Assembly: GCA_013265495.1 (NCBI GenBank)
Contig: MU057711.1
Location: forward strand, 1,488,001-1,552,000
Direction: 5' to 3'
From: Vicugna vicugna
Lineage: Eukaryota
DNA: 64,000 nucleotides
This document shows positions 11,917-26,180 of this stretch, in pieces. A program made the position numbers and the translations under genes. Positions within the stretch are counted from its first letter, which is position 1, and the number at the start of each line of letters is the position of its first letter. The notes under the pieces are model-generated. The model was not told the DNA's origin and searched no databases. It saw nothing but the letters and a program-made list of their open reading frames with translations.

Positions 11917-14900
11917 TCAGAGGATTCTAGTGAGATGATAGAGTAAGAAGCATCAGGAATCTGTCTCCCCACCTAGACCAATAATTGCAATGGCAGAAAT
12001 CTGTCTGATATAACTACTTTGGAAAACCGGAATCGATTAAAGGCTTGCAACTTCCAGGGGGAGAACTGGAGGACAAAAATTGCCTTTAACATCTATCAGT
12101 TTCAGCTCTCAACACAGTAGCTGCTACCCATTTCCCACCCCTAGCCCATGGAAGGCAGCTGTGCATGTTCCTAGAGCAACATGCACCCAGCTTGTGGCAA
12201 CCAGGGTAGGCAAAAAAAAAAGACCCTGTCCTCTACACATTAGATTAGATTGTTGGTTGCCTCTTCTTATCATAGTGCTGCAAAGAAAGATGTGGATAGC
12301 CCATTGTTGCAACTCTAATTGTTGTAAGCCCCACTTCCTTCAGCTGAGGTGAAATTCAGGGGATATAAAGGGCTGACACCCTTTCTCACTTTCATTTTTT
12401 TCTTTTCTTCCATTTGGGAGGCAAGCACTAAAGACTAGGACATTCAAAAAAAACTGCATATATGGATAAAATTAGGAAGTGACCATGCATGCCTAAGGAA
12501 AGTCTCAGAAAAGATTTTAACTTTACATCCCTCATTGATCCTCCACAAAGAGATAGCTACAAAAATCAAATAAATAAAAAATAAGCAACAACAACAACAA
12601 CAAAACCCCAGCAAATCTAAGGAATGGGGAGAATCTGATTTCCAGAGGTACTATATTATTAGATTTACATGTCCAGTTTTCAGTAAAAAGTCATATGCCA
12701 TACAAAGAAACAGGAAAGTAAAGCCCAGTCAAAGGGCTTTCGATAGAAACCATCCTTGAAAAGGACCTGATGTCAGATATACTAGACAAAAACATCGAAA
12801 CAACATTCATAAAGAACTATAAGAAGATGTGAATAAAGTCAAGAATTAATGTACGAACAAAAATTAAAAAATCAACAAAGAGCTAGAAAACTTTAAAAAA
12901 TCTGGAACTAGAAAATACAATAACTGAAATAAAAATTTAGAGCGACTCAAAGTCAGATTTGAGTAAGCAGAAAAAAGAATCTGCAAACTTGAATATAGGA
13001 CAGTGGAAATCATCAAGTCTAAGAAACAGGAAAAAAAAAAAAGATTGAAGAATTTAACAGAGCCTATGGAGCATGATCAAACAAACCAAATATACATTGT
13101 GGGAGTCCCAGAAGGAGGAAAGGGAGAGAAGAGAGCAGAGAATTTTAAGAAATAATGACTTCAGTTTTCAGTTTTCAAACTTTCCAAATTTGATGAAAGG
13201 CATGAGTATAAACATCCAACAGCCTCAATACACTCCAAGTAAGATGAATTCAAGGGATTCACACCAAGACATATTATAATCAAATTTTCAAAAGACAAAG
13301 GAAGAATCTTGAAAGCAGAAGAAAGAAGGGACTCTCAATAAGATTATCAGCAGATTTCTCATCAGAAATATTGGAGACCATAAGGCAGTGGTAGATAAAT
13401 TCAAAGTGCTAAAAAGAAGAAAGCTGTCAATCAAGAATGCTATATTCAGTAAAACTGCCCTACAAAAGTTAGGGAGAAAGTAAGACATTCCCAGATAAAC
13501 AAAAGCTGAGGGAGTTTGTGACCACTAGCTCTGTCCTGCAAGAAATGATGTAGGGAGTCTGGCAAGGTGAAATGAAAGGATAATCGACAGTAACTCAAAG
13601 CCATATGCAGAAATAAAAATATCAATACATGTAAATACATGGGCTTATAAAAGCTAGTGTTATTGTAATGATAGTTTGTAACTGTACTTTTTTGTTTTCC
13701 ACATGATTTAAGAGACTAGTAAATTTAAAAACAAATATTAATTTTATATTATTGTTTTCTACAAAACTTAAAAGACAAATGCATCTAAAAGAATTATTTG
13801 TTTATTTTTTGGGCACACAATGTATAAAGATGTTATTTTACGACATCAACAACTGAAAGAGGGGACAAAGCTGTAAAGGAGCAGAAATTTTCCATATTTT
13901 AAAGTTAAGCTGGTATAAATTCTAATTAGATTGTTACAGCTTTAGGATGTTAAATGTAATCTCCATGGTAACCACAAAGATAATAGCCAGAGAATGTGCA
14001 CAAAAAGAAATGAAAAAGGAATTTAAGCATTTCACTACCAAAAAATCTACTAAATACAAAAGAAGACAGTAATGTAGGAATGAGGGACAAAAAATATATA
14101 TAAAGCATGTAGAAACAAATGGGAAAAATGACAACATTTCCTCCATATCAATAAAGTAGCCCCATCTTATCTGTGATTTTGCTTTCTACAGTTTCAATAC
14201 CCAAGTGAAAAGCAGTCCAAAAATATTAAATATAAAATTCCAGAAATAAACAATTCATAAGTCTTAAATTGCATGCCATTCTGAGTAACATAATGAAATC
14301 ATGTGCCATACTGCTCTATCCCACCCAGGATGTGACCCATCCCTTTGTCCAGTGTATCCGTGCTATATACACTATTCACCCATTAGTACTGGGGGAAAAA
14401 CATAGTATATATGTTTCAGTGCTACCTGGGGTTTCAGGCACCCACTAGGGGTCTTAAAACATTTTCTCTGCAGACAAAGGGGGATTACTATAACCACTTT
14501 AAATGTAAACGGGTGAAACTCTCCAGTCAAAATACAGAGACTGACAGAATGAATGAAAACACATGATCCAAATACATATACAAGAGACTCATTTTAGATT
14601 CAAAGACGCAAATGGATTGAAAGCAAAAGGATGGAAAAAGATATTCCATGAAAACAGCAAGCAAGAGAAAGCAGGAGTGGCTATCCTAACATCAGATAAT
14701 ATGGATTTCAAAGCAAAAAACTTACAACAGACAACAAAGAACATTATATATTAATAAAATTTCAATACAGCAAGAAAGTATCACAACTGTAAACATTTAT
14801 ACACCTACTGACAGGTCATCAAAACACATGAAGCAAAAACTAACAACTGAGGGGGGAATAAATAGTTTCACAATAATATTTGGGAACTTTGATACCCTAC

Positions 14901-17625
14901 TCACAATAATAGATAAGACAATGAGACAGAAGATAAGTAAGGACATAGATAACTTAAAAACACAATAAACCAAAATAGATATAACACATATATAGAACAC
15001 TCCGTCAATAAACAACAACAGCATACACATTCTTCTCAAGTGCACATGGGACATTTTCCAGGATAGGCCATATGTTAGGTCATAAATTAAGTCTCAAGAG
15101 ATTTTAAAAGAGAGATATCATACAAAGTATATTTTCTGACCACAATGAGATGAAGTTAGAAATCAAAAACAGAAGTAAAACTGGAAATTTTACAAAACTA
15201 AATAATTTAATTTAATTATGCAATTAAAACAACAGACTTTTTAAACAACCAATGGATGAAAGAATCAGCCTCAAGGGAAAATAGAAAATACTTAGAGATG
15301 AGTAAAAATGAAAACACAACATACCAACACTTACAGCGATGCAGCAAAAGCTGTGTTAAAGGGAAAATGTATAGTTATAAAAACTTATATTAAAAACAAG
15401 AAAGATCTCAAGCCAGCAATCTAAATTTACAGCTTAAGGGACTAGAAAAAGAAGAACAAACTAAACTCAAAACTAACATAAGGAAGTAAATAATAAAGAT
15501 TAGCCGAGATAAATGAACGAGAGAATAGAAAAACCATAGAGAAAGGAAATAAAACCAAAAGTTGGTTCTTCAAAAAGACAGCAAATTTGACAAAACTTTA
15601 GCTGAATGGAGTAAGAAGAAAAGAGAGAAGACAAATTACTAAAATCAGAAATTAAAGTGGGAACATTACTATTGAGTCTACAGAAATAAAAAAAGATTAT
15701 AAAAGAATATCATGAATATTGTACACCCACAAACTGGATAACCTATGTGGAATGGACAAATTCCTAGAAGCACAAAATCTACAAAGGCTGAATCACCAAG
15801 AAATAGAAAATCTGAATAGATCTATAACTAGTAAAGAGATTAAGTCAATAATAAAAAATCTCCCCAAAAAGAAAAAAAGTCCTGGGCCTGATGGCTTCAT
15901 TAAGAGTTCTATCAGATAAAGAAGAATACCAGTCCTTCTCAAACTTTTCCAAAAAATTTAAGAGGAGGGAATACTTTCTAACCTGGCTATGAAACCAACA
16001 TTGCCCTAATACTACAGCCGAACAAGGACACTATTAAAAAAAAAAAAAAAAAGGAAGAACTACAGACCAATATCCCTGTGGACATTGAAACAAAATTCTT
16101 CAATAAAATACTAGCAAAATGAATTCAGCAACATATTGATAGGATTATACAACATGACCAAGTGGAATTTATTCCTGAAATACAAAGATGGCATAACATT
16201 ACAAAAATCAATCAATGTAATATACCATATTAACAGAATAAAGAGGAACAAAAACAAATGATTATCTCAGTGATATAGAAAATGCATTTGGTAAAATCCA
16301 ACACCTCTGAGTGATAAAACAAACACTCAACAGATTAGAAATAGAAGAGGATTTCACCAATCCCATAAACAGCATCTATGAAAAACTCACAGCTAACACT
16401 ATACTTAATGGAGAAAGTCAAAAACTTTCCCTCTGAGATCAGGAACAAGACAAGGATGTCTGTTCTCATCACATATATTCAAATTGTGCTGAAAGTCTAG
16501 AGCAATTAGACATGAAAAAGAAATAAATAGCCTTCAAATTAGAAAAGAATAAGTAAAATTACCCCGTTTGCAGATAATATGATTTTCTATCTATCTGTCT
16601 ACCTATCTATCACCCTACAGATACCAAAAAAAAAAAAATTAGAACTAATAAATAAATTCAACAAGAGCAGAATACAAAGTCAACACACAGAAATTAATTA
16701 CATTTCTTTATACTAATAAACAATCTGAAAAGAAAATTATAAAAGCAATTCCATTTACAATAGCATTGAGTAGAATAAAATACTTAGAAATTAACTCAGG
16801 AGGTGAAAGACTTGTACAATGAAAACTACAAAACATTACTGAAGCAAAATAAGACATAAATATATAGAAACACATTCCAAGTTTATGGATTGGAAGACTT
16901 AATATTGTTGAAATGTCAATACTACTCAAAGTGATCTACAGATTTAATGCAATCACTGTCAAAATTCCAATGAAATTTTCTGGAGAATTAGAAAAACCTA
17001 TTCTAAAATTCATATGGATTCTCAAGGGACCCAAATGGCCAAAGTAATCTTGAAAAATAAAGAACAAAACTGGAGGACTCACACTTCCTGGTTTTAAAAC
17101 TTACTATAAAGCTGCAGTAATCAAAAACATGTGGTACTAGCATAAAAACAGACATACAGATCAATGGAATAGAATAGGGATCCCAGAAATAAACCCTTAC
17201 ATACATGGTTAAGTAATTTTTGACAAAGATGCCAAGACCATTCAATGGGGGAAAGGACAGCCTTTTTAACAAATGGCCTCAGGGAAACTGCACATCCACA
17301 TGTATAAGAATTAAGTCAGATCCTTAGCTAACATCATATTTAAAAATTAAGTCAAAATGGGTGTAAAACCTAAAATAATACAAACTCTTATAAGAAAACA
17401 TGAGGCAAAAACTTCATGACATTAGATTCGGCAATGATTTCTTGGATATGATGCAAAAAGCATAGATAACAAAAGAAAAAATGGACAAATAAGACCTCAT
17501 GAAAATTTTTAAATTTTGTGACTCATGAAATACTATCTACAGAGCAGCAAGGCAATTCACAGAATAGGAGAAAATATTTGCAATTCATATATCTGATATG
17601 GGATTAATATCCAGAATACATGAAC
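11917..17625 (+). mobile_element. Old L1 (L1M-type): 5' UTR, decayed ORF1, inter-ORF spacer and ORF2; 3' end missing
   Basis: ORF2 remnants: TLNVNG-like start (~14495), IQETHFRFKD..GLKAKGWKKIFH...[45 protein letters not shown]. Many stops and frameshifts. Confidence 0.95.
14154..14490 (+). mobile_element. MER44A-like (TcMar-Tigger) DNA transposon nested in L1
   Basis: TIR-like ends AGTAGCCCCATCTTATCTG ... GACAAAGGGGGATTACTA with flanking TA; internal AAAATTCCAGAAATAAACAATTCATAAGT. Confidence 0.85.
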
Positions 17626-18294
17626 AATTTTGCTGCAATGGGAACAGAGCATCCAGATGGTAACTGGGAGGAAATGATGAGTGGAAAAAGGTTTGTTAAA
17701 TTTGGGACCACAGAGCAGGTTCGAGACACTGGGATAGAAACTGAGACACCAGAACAGTATTGGGGATCCAGACAGAGGGTGGGTGAAACAGTTCCTGGTA
17801 CTGATATCAGAGATTTCCATGGAGGTCTTGGTCTCCCCAGCGGAGAGGGAGGTACCCTGCAGGGAACCAAGTCAGCTGGACACCTGCCTTAGCCGTCTGT
17901 CTTCTGTTCTTACCCAGGAGCCTGAAGAGAAGGAGGGGCAGAGAAGCAGGGATCAAAGAGCCTGGAAGAGAGCAATTTAAAAAGAGGAAGAAGAAAGACC
18001 AGTGCCAGCATGAGATCTGATTCTGTCAGGACAGAGGCCAATCTGTAGGAGAAAATCATAATAGACACTCATTTTCTATCTTTTGTTCAGTTTATCTAGT
18101 CAATAAATTTAGTTTTCTTTGGAAGCTTTCAGGTCATTAAAATGTTTTAAATTTTTTTATTTTAAGCAAATTTCTAGCCTTGGAGGAATCTTTCCATATC
18201 TCTATCTCTGTCTCTGTCTCTCTAGCTCTCTGTCTCTCTCTCTCTAACACACACACACACACACCACTCAGTTCATATAGCATGGGGGCAGATG

Positions 18295-18660
18295 ATCCTA
18301 AAATCTGCTCCAGAGGGGTAAACATCACTCATCTTAGCATATTCCATTATCCTGGGCACAGTAATTGGTTCAAACAAGACGTGTGACAAACATGGGTCCA
18401 ATGAGATTCAATCCTGGGACTTTTGTGGATCGAATACAAGCCTAAGGCTACCAGACACATCTCTTGGCCACCATGTGAGGAGAGGCTCCTTGAAAATTGA
18501 AGTAAAAAAAAGTGAAAACAGAACTGAGAGTCAAAATTTAAGCCACACTACACTTGAACTTCTCAGTCTCATGAATTAGAAAATGTTTCCCCCTTTCCCA
18601 CTGACTCAAGCCAATTTGAGTTGGTTTTCTGACACTTTATCCAAAGAGTCCTCACTGATG
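18295..18660 (+). mobile_element. Ancient MLT1(J/K-like) LTR relic
   Basis: GGGCACAGTAATTGGTTCA...GGTCCAATGAGATTCAATCCTGGGACTTTTG...AAGCCAATTTGAGTTGGTTTTCTG...AAAGAGTCCTCACTGA. Confidence 0.65.
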
Positions 18661-19543
18661 AAGCTACCAAATGTGTGTAGGACAGACTTGAATACTGAGG
18701 TAGCAGAGGTAAGCAAGGCAATCTCAAAATCAGAGGCAGGCCAGGATGAAAACATAACCTGATTAGGCTTGAGGGAAAATAGAAGAGGCACTGAATGAAG
18801 TCCAGAGAAAGAGGAGGCTCCAGGACTAGCGGGAAACAGCCTAGGCATTTCACAATGTACCATGCATATTTTACATCCATTATCTCACTCAATGCTGCAG
18901 CAGCTCTGAGAGCAGTGAGGAAACCATACTCTAGTGAAAAAGAAAACTGAAATGTCCCAAAGAAAGGATATCACCCCAGCAGAGCCTAGATCCCAAGTTT
19001 CCTGACTTTAGGAAGGATAGCCTGCAAGTCTCTACCAGCTCATGTGACACCTTTATACACTGCCCAGGCACTCAGCCCCCGGAGGAGGTAAGAATTGCTC
19101 ACTTCTCAGCCCAGTGCCCCTGTGCAGATCCAGCCTGTGCACTGTAGCTCTGGACTTTATCCCATATGTCATATTTCCACTCTGCTTATTTCTCCTTTCT
19201 CTCTTCACTTAATTCTGTGTGTCCCTTCCTGTCTCTAGGCCTCAATGAGCCCATTTACAAAACGAAGTTGGGTCAAACAAGGACCCCCAACAATCTTCCC
19301 TATTGCAAAATTCTATTTCTATGCCTCAGCTGAAGTAGAAAGAAGCAGCTACCCATGAAATATGACAGGAGCATTCCAACAGCACCCCAAAAGTTGCCTT
19401 CACCATAATTTTGTCTTCAGTCAAATCCCTTTAGATTAAGCCATCAAAGACAATCATCACGATATGAACTGGGGGCTCACATTGGATGACTACTGTATAC
19501 TTAATGTATGTCATTCTACTTCATCCAAGATAATGTGTTATCA

Positions 19544-19761
19544 CAGGTTTCTGTCCATATCCAGAAGTAGAGCATTCCTATGAAAACTTTTGTAAACCAA
19601 AATGGTATAAAACGAAGAAGCAATTTTTGCTTTTTCACCTTTTGTAAAAGCAAAAAATCTTCTTCAGATGTCTTCCAGTTAGTGAAAACCGGTACTAATG
19701 TAGGTCTTTTATAAAAGTGAAGTGGCATAAAGAGGCCTTTCAAAACAGTGGAGGATACTCG
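19544..19761. mobile_element. Short Tigger-like non-autonomous DNA element
   Basis: Degenerate inverted ends (CAGGTTTC..TATCCAGAAG / CTTTCAAAACAGTGGAGGATACTCG) and TA on the right flank; subfamily not assigned. Confidence 0.5.
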
Positions 19762-22700
19762 TATTTCCATTTCAATGATGAAAGCACCAAGATCAGAGAA
19801 GTTGGTGTCTTGCCTAAGATCACACAGGAGGCAACTTTAGTTCTGCCCTGCTCCTAACTCCATAGCCTAGCTACCAGGTCTTCCAACCACCACACCTTAA
19901 TGCTTGATTTCACTTTATTAGGTTTTACCCAGGACACTAGAAATTCAAGATCTGTGAGATTTGATTTTTTTAAAAAAAGAGTAAAAACCATGCTCTAAGT
20001 AAAATAGGGAAAGGAAAGGCTACTACCATTGTCAGGGAAAGCAGAGTGGAGGCATGGAGGTTCTAGCAACATGATCCCTGCACTAATTCAGAGAGCTCCA
20101 CCCAGGCTCCCCAACACATGCTTCCTGACTGCAAGCAAGTCCCTTTAACTCTCTGGGTCCCAGGTCTTTATTTGCCTGAAGGGGATATCAAGCCATGTTT
20201 CTTCTTACCTAACAGTGCTGTCACAGGGTGTGGAGAGATCATCTGTGACCAAATGTCATGCAGGTGAAACATCCTCAGCTTCACTGCACCAGGTCCAGAT
20301 TCTTTGTGGCTAGTGACAGCCTCTCTGCTGTCACCATGGCTTCAAGTCCACTTTTTAAATTGTTGGCCTGCGTCACGAAGCCACAGAATTCAACCAAGGA
20401 ATGTGGCCATCCTTAAAAGAAAAAAGTATTGTCTCCTTCCAGAAACCCCTCACAAGGGTAAAACTACATTTGCCCTTGTCCCTTGTTTAGAGGTGAAGCC
20501 ACATACTCAATTATGCTGGCCTTCCCATCTCCCTTTGCAGGTACCGGGTGAGGTGAGGCTGGGGTTATTGATGCAACGTTCCTATTTTAAATGCAAAACA
20601 AACGAGACATCGTTTGTCTTGAATGCAAAATAAAGCCCCAGTACATTTTTCAAGCTGCTAATGCACAATTGGTCTAGCATTCATTTCTGTGGCAAACACA
20701 GAACAAGCAAAAATCTAGCAGGTTTGAGGTGGTTGTTTCCCTGTGCACATAATCAAACTCTAAGGATGCATTTTCTAACTTGCTTTTGCATCAAATCCTT
20801 AAATTTGTATAAATAGTGCTGAAAATGAACCCCTTGTGTCCTTGTAATATTGCATCTTATTTCTGGAAACTGAACATCCCCAGATTCCAAAAAATTAGCA
20901 ATAACTGAACAGCAAATGCATAATATCTAAAGTGTTGCTCTTCATCATCTTTGCAGTTGCTGGGAAAGCAGTGATCTCTAAGGCAACCTGTCCACAGATG
21001 CTTTGTAGTTGCATAGAATCAAATCATAAATATCTGCTAAAAAGTCCATGGCTCAAAGGACCTGTACCCAGTCTTCTAATATGTGAAGCTAATTTCCTTT
21101 CCATAATAGGGTTGTCTTTCTTTCATTTGGTAAAAAGATAGAGAGATTATTAAATCATTAGAATAATTGGTCCCCAATAAGTAAAATTTTCTCTAGATGA
21201 TTAGATTAATTCTATAGAAAAAGGATAATTTTTCCAGTGAGCACTGATGTCTTTTATTTTTCACTCAGAGAAATGATCACTACTTTTCCCACCCACCCTC
21301 TTTATTACACACAAAGACAGTAATCATTTGCTTCCTATTAAACGGCAGGTCTTCTCTGTATTTAGGAGCTGATGCTTTGGTTCCTCAGGCTTCTTCTCAA
21401 TGGGTAGCTGGGGAGAACTCACTGGTAATGCTGGTGGGAGAGAGGAGGGGCATGGACCTCCATGGACTTCCAGTCATTCTTTTTCCAGCCCTCAAAGCCA
21501 GGCACCAGTTGGATGGTAACCAAATGGACCACCTACACTGAACTCCACAAACATTTACTAAGAAAGAGACTGCTATGGGTCAAGCTCAATACAAACTTAA
21601 GATGCCAAGTTGTTATGAGGCAAATGAGGATCCAACTAAAAAGTGAAGGAGAATGAAGAGGCCAAAACCCACACTGACCTGGGTTTCAATTTTGTTCCCA
21701 TCTCCTAATAGCTGTGGGATCTCAAACAAGTGGATTAATGTCTCTAAACTTCCTTTTCTGCCAAATGTGAGTAACATCCTAGTGCTTCCATCATAGGTAG
21801 GATAATGTTACAGAGATGAATGTTTAGCACACAGTGCCTGGCCCCCACTAAGTGCTCAGTAAATAGCAGAAGGTACAGCTGGACCGAAGACAGGGGGAAT
21901 GAGATGAGCCATGGAAGCTTTCTTGGAGGATGCAGGTTTTAAGTGATAAGGAATGGATGGGTTTGACCATGCAAAAAGATCCTTTCTAGTGTATGGATCA
22001 CAGGACCAAAGGCATGAATGGGCTGCTGGGCATGGCCCATACTGAAGACGCTAAAGGAAATGGCCCAACACCCACCCAACCACCCACCTCCTTACCAACA
22101 ACCTAACTCATCAGTCTGGTGGCTCAGGGAATACAAGCTGGTTTTTTACCATTTGTCTATTTGACATGATGAGAAAAGACAGATTGCAGCAAAGAATATT
22201 TCCAGAGCATTCCAACTTGGGGTATATAAGCTGGTTTGAATTAGCATGGAGCCTCCCAGTAATAAGTGCTCGATAAACCCTTATTTGTAAATGACACGCC
22301 CTCTTCATTGCTGTGGATAATAGTAAGTAAAGTATCTTACAAATTAATTACAACATCCACCCGCTATTATTACCCAAGATAGTAGTATTTTTGCTCCCTG
22401 CATCCGCTTCTGAGAGAAAGATTCAGATGATGCCAAAAAGAACTCAAAGCTGGTATTTAGTCTTTTTAGAGCAAATAACCTTCTATAGTTTAGTCTGTGC
22501 TCAGTTAACATTCAGCCAAATCTCTTATACCTTTCCTAAACTCAGTCTTTGATAAATGGGAGCTAATATTCAGGATGAGGGCTGAAGGTCCTTCTGGGTC
22601 CTTCAGTGTGAAAGAAGGATTCCACCATGGCCACTAAACTGTCCTTGCTAAGGCAGGAAAATGGACTCTTCTATTTTCATACAACTTTGCAGCAAACTTA

Positions 22701-22904
22701 CAAGTCGTCAAATCCAGTCTCCTCTTTCACAGATGGGAAAATTGAGACTTAGAGAGGAGGAAAGTCTTATTCAAAGTCAAGAAGCTGGCAAAGCTGATCC
22801 AGGACTCATATCCAGAATGGCTGACCTTGTCCACCTCATATGTGCTAGAAAGACCACTAATAATAAAATTAAAGCCAACTTAATAAACCAAAGCTAGATA
22901 AATT

Positions 22905-22908
22905 AGAT

Positions 22909-22939
<31 letters not shown>

Positions 22940-22955
22940 TAAAATAGATAGATAA
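22905..22955. repeat. (GATA)n microsatellite
   Basis: Direct reading. Confidence 0.95.
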
Positions 22956-23314
22956 ACAGATCTATCAAAATCTCATTCTTCAAGCCCTTGGACGATCAAA
23001 ACTTTAACCACTTATTACTCCTACCTGGATTTAATGGGTGGTTTCATTCATCACCTATGAAGCCATCTCAAGTCTTACTTTCCCTTCCAAACAGCCTGTT
23101 TCTAATATTGACTCAACATCTATAGTTGTCATAATTTACAAAACATACTTTTATTATCTCACTAAGAAGCAAGCTCATTCACCCTAAACCTTCGATGGCC
23201 TTTATTATTTGATAATTTATCCTGGGTAAATCCTAGGACCCTCTGAGATTATAAGCCCTCTTTGGGCAAGGAATCTGCCTCTCCTTTTCTTATATCCTCC
23301 ACCACAGAGATTTC

Positions 23315-23480
23315 AAAGCAGTTTTGTACTCTGGCTGCATCAGAATTTCTTGGAGAGTCTCCCAAAAATGCCTGTTCCTAGGCTCTACTCACAAAAGTCC
23401 TGATTCAGTGGGTCTAAAGTGAGCATAGCATTTCTGCCAAGTTCCCTATGTGATTCTGAGGATTAACCGAGTTGTGCAGC
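23315..23480. mobile_element. MER5-like hAT-Charlie relic
   Basis: GGCTGCATCAGAAT...CTGATTCAGTGGGTCT...AAGTTCCC.ATGTGATTCTGA. Confidence 0.65.
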
Positions 23481-25239
23481 ACCCCACACCAGGCTAATAT
23501 GCCACAAAGCCTCAATAAATACCTGCTAAATGACCTTTGAAGAAGAGATTCAGGTACTTCCCATAAAACCAACAATTTCCCAGATATATGGGAGGTTTTT
23601 GGTGTAACTGCTCAGTTCTAAAGACTGCAGGGCATTCTCTTGTCATTTTTTTATTCAAACTTGTAATGGAATTAATCTCCTTTTTGGGATAATTTGTTAC
23701 AGACTGTGCAGGTGGATGACTAGAAGATATTTAATCATTAATAACCCAAACAGAACTTAGCTTCAGTGTGATGTAAAGATATTAAAAATTACCTTTGAAT
23801 CATCTGACAAATAATGTCAAAGAAAGAGGGAGAAAGAAGAGGAAAGCCAGGGGAAGGGGGATAATCCTTTGCCAAGACCAAAATAAATTGCACCTACTCT
23901 ATTATGACAACTGCTTTGCCTGAGAAAGTTGAAAGGAAGATCATAAATAAAGATGTTCATGGCCAGAGGCCCAGTATCTGCCTAGAAGCCAATGGCCAAT
24001 GTTAGGTACTCCTTCCTTGGTCTATGCCAAAGCTTCAAACACATTACCGATAGCTGGAGTCATCAAGGTGACCCAGGCTAAGATTAACCTACCCAGATGT
24101 TGGGTGTGGTCATCTGTGTTAATAATTTGTAGTAGCAATTAGCAGATGGCTTGATGGGCAGAGGACAGTTAATGGAAAGATAAAGGATTGTTATCGGAGA
24201 GTGAAACTGAAATGATATGAAGTTCCCAGGAAGCGCCCCCAACTCTAAGTTCTTAGAGCCTTAAACCTGGTCAGATATTTAGGACAGGATAGGGCTAAGG
24301 GTCTTTGGCCTACATCTGTGGAAGAACCAGCTTCTCACCCAAAAAAGACATCAGGAGGTCAAACTTAGAGGCAAGTTAGTATTCTGTTATGCATATGGAT
24401 AAGGGCTGTCACAACTTGACTGATGACAAAGACAACTTCTGAGATACATATTTTTTTAAACCTGCTGGCCTTTCCTTGTCTCTAAAATAACAATATTACA
24501 AGAAGAGATGAGCCAACTGGCGAGAGTCCATCAGCAAGTGGTCCCAATGAGAACTGCCCGTGCTCTGCCCCTGGACAGTTTGACACTCTGCTCCCCAAAC
24601 TGCCTGTTCAGCAAAGCTTCCAACATCTACATGTCAGCACCTCAGTACAGCAAAGTCATCCTCAAAGCAGAGGGAAGCTCAAGGAATTTGGATAGAAAGG
24701 AATTTGGGAACCTAGAGACAGTGGACTTAGAGGATTGATACTATTTTGAATGTGTGACTTTTCGTGCAGTCAGGAATAAATGAAGTAGCAAGAAGCGAAG
24801 AGCAACTCTTGCCATATTTATCCAGTTGGAGCCAAGTGAGACAACGCAAATAAGGACTCCCCAGTTTTTCTGATATCTCTAAAACCATAGAACATCAGAG
24901 TAGGCAAGCTTTTAGAGACCTCATAACTCAATACTCTCAGTTGACCAGCAGGGAGACTGAGGCCAAGGAAGTTGGGTGGCCAGGTGAATAACCTACTAGA
25001 GACAAAACTCATTTGAGATCCCAACTTTGTAAAATTGTCAATGTTCTTTCACACATACCATGAAACAGAGAGGTATGATGGTTGGGTGGATGGATGGATA
25101 GACAGACACCTGGCAAGTGAAGCACTTGCAGTAATAGAAATCCAATATGGAAGCTGGGATTAGCAGTTTTTTCTTTCATTTGCTTCTTCATCTTCTTAAT
25201 TTTCCCATAATTAAAACAATGAAATTCAAAAGTGGGAGG

Positions 25240-26180
25240 TCCCTGGGGGCAGTTTTAAAGTTATTCTCTTTAATATACATCCTCAGTCCTTTGATGGGCT
25301 TATACAGTCTCATGACTTTCCATCATCAGCTAAATGTTGACAACTCCCCAGTTTGTATTTCCAACCTGGACCTCTACCCTGAACTTCAGTCATATCCATC
25401 CAAATGTCTCTACAACATCTCTCCTTGTACATATAAAAGATATTTCAATCTTAACATGACCCAAATGGACTCCTGATCTCTGGTCCCCATGCCTGGTCCT
25501 CCCACAATCTTCCCCATACCCATAAATGGCAACTCTGTTCTTCTGTTGGCTTCAGCCGAAATCCCGGGAGTCATTAATAACTCTATTCTTTCTCTCATAT
25601 CCCACAATCAACCCATCAGCAAATCTTATTTGCTCAACAAAACAACCAGATCTTACACTTCTTGCCACTTCCACTGAATCAAGTCTTGGTCCAGCCTACC
25701 ATGATCCCTCAGTTCTCCCTGATTCCACCTTGCTCCCTTTCAGGATATTTTCAACAGAACCTCAGAGAGATCCTGTTAATAAGCAAGGTAGATCACAACA
25801 CTTTTCTGTTCAAAACCCTCAAGTGAGAGCTTCCACGTCACTCAGGGTGAAGGCAAAATTCCTCCAAATGAACCACAAAGCCCCACGTGATCCAAACACT
25901 CTTACTTTCTCCCTCCACTCCAGCCACACTGCGACTCCCCCAGACACCCAAGCCTGCCCCAGTCTCAGAGCCTTTGCCCTTTCTGCTCTCTCTGCTTGGG
26001 CTCCTCTTCCCCCATATTTCTACCTGGCTGCCTCCTCATCTCCTGCATGTCTTTATTCAAATGTCACCTTCTCTGCAAGGTCTTCTCAGGCCATAATATT
26101 TACAGCTACATTCTCCACAATTAAAACTCCCTACCCACTTCCTTCCTTTATTTTTCTTCACTGCACTATGACTTGACAAG
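25240..26180 (+). mobile_element. L2 relic
   Basis: GACAACTCCCCAGTTTGTATTTCCAACCTGGACCTCT...CAGTAAATGGC-like motif...CAAATGTCACCTTCTC. Confidence 0.85.

Noticed and set aside
13073..17272. ORFs with endonuclease/RT-like peptides
   Set aside because: These are fragments of a dead L1 with many stops and frameshifts, not a functional retroelement or new RT system.
25526..26176. Longest ORF in the track (216 aa)
   Set aside because: It lies wholly within a decayed L2 relic and has no recognisable domain.
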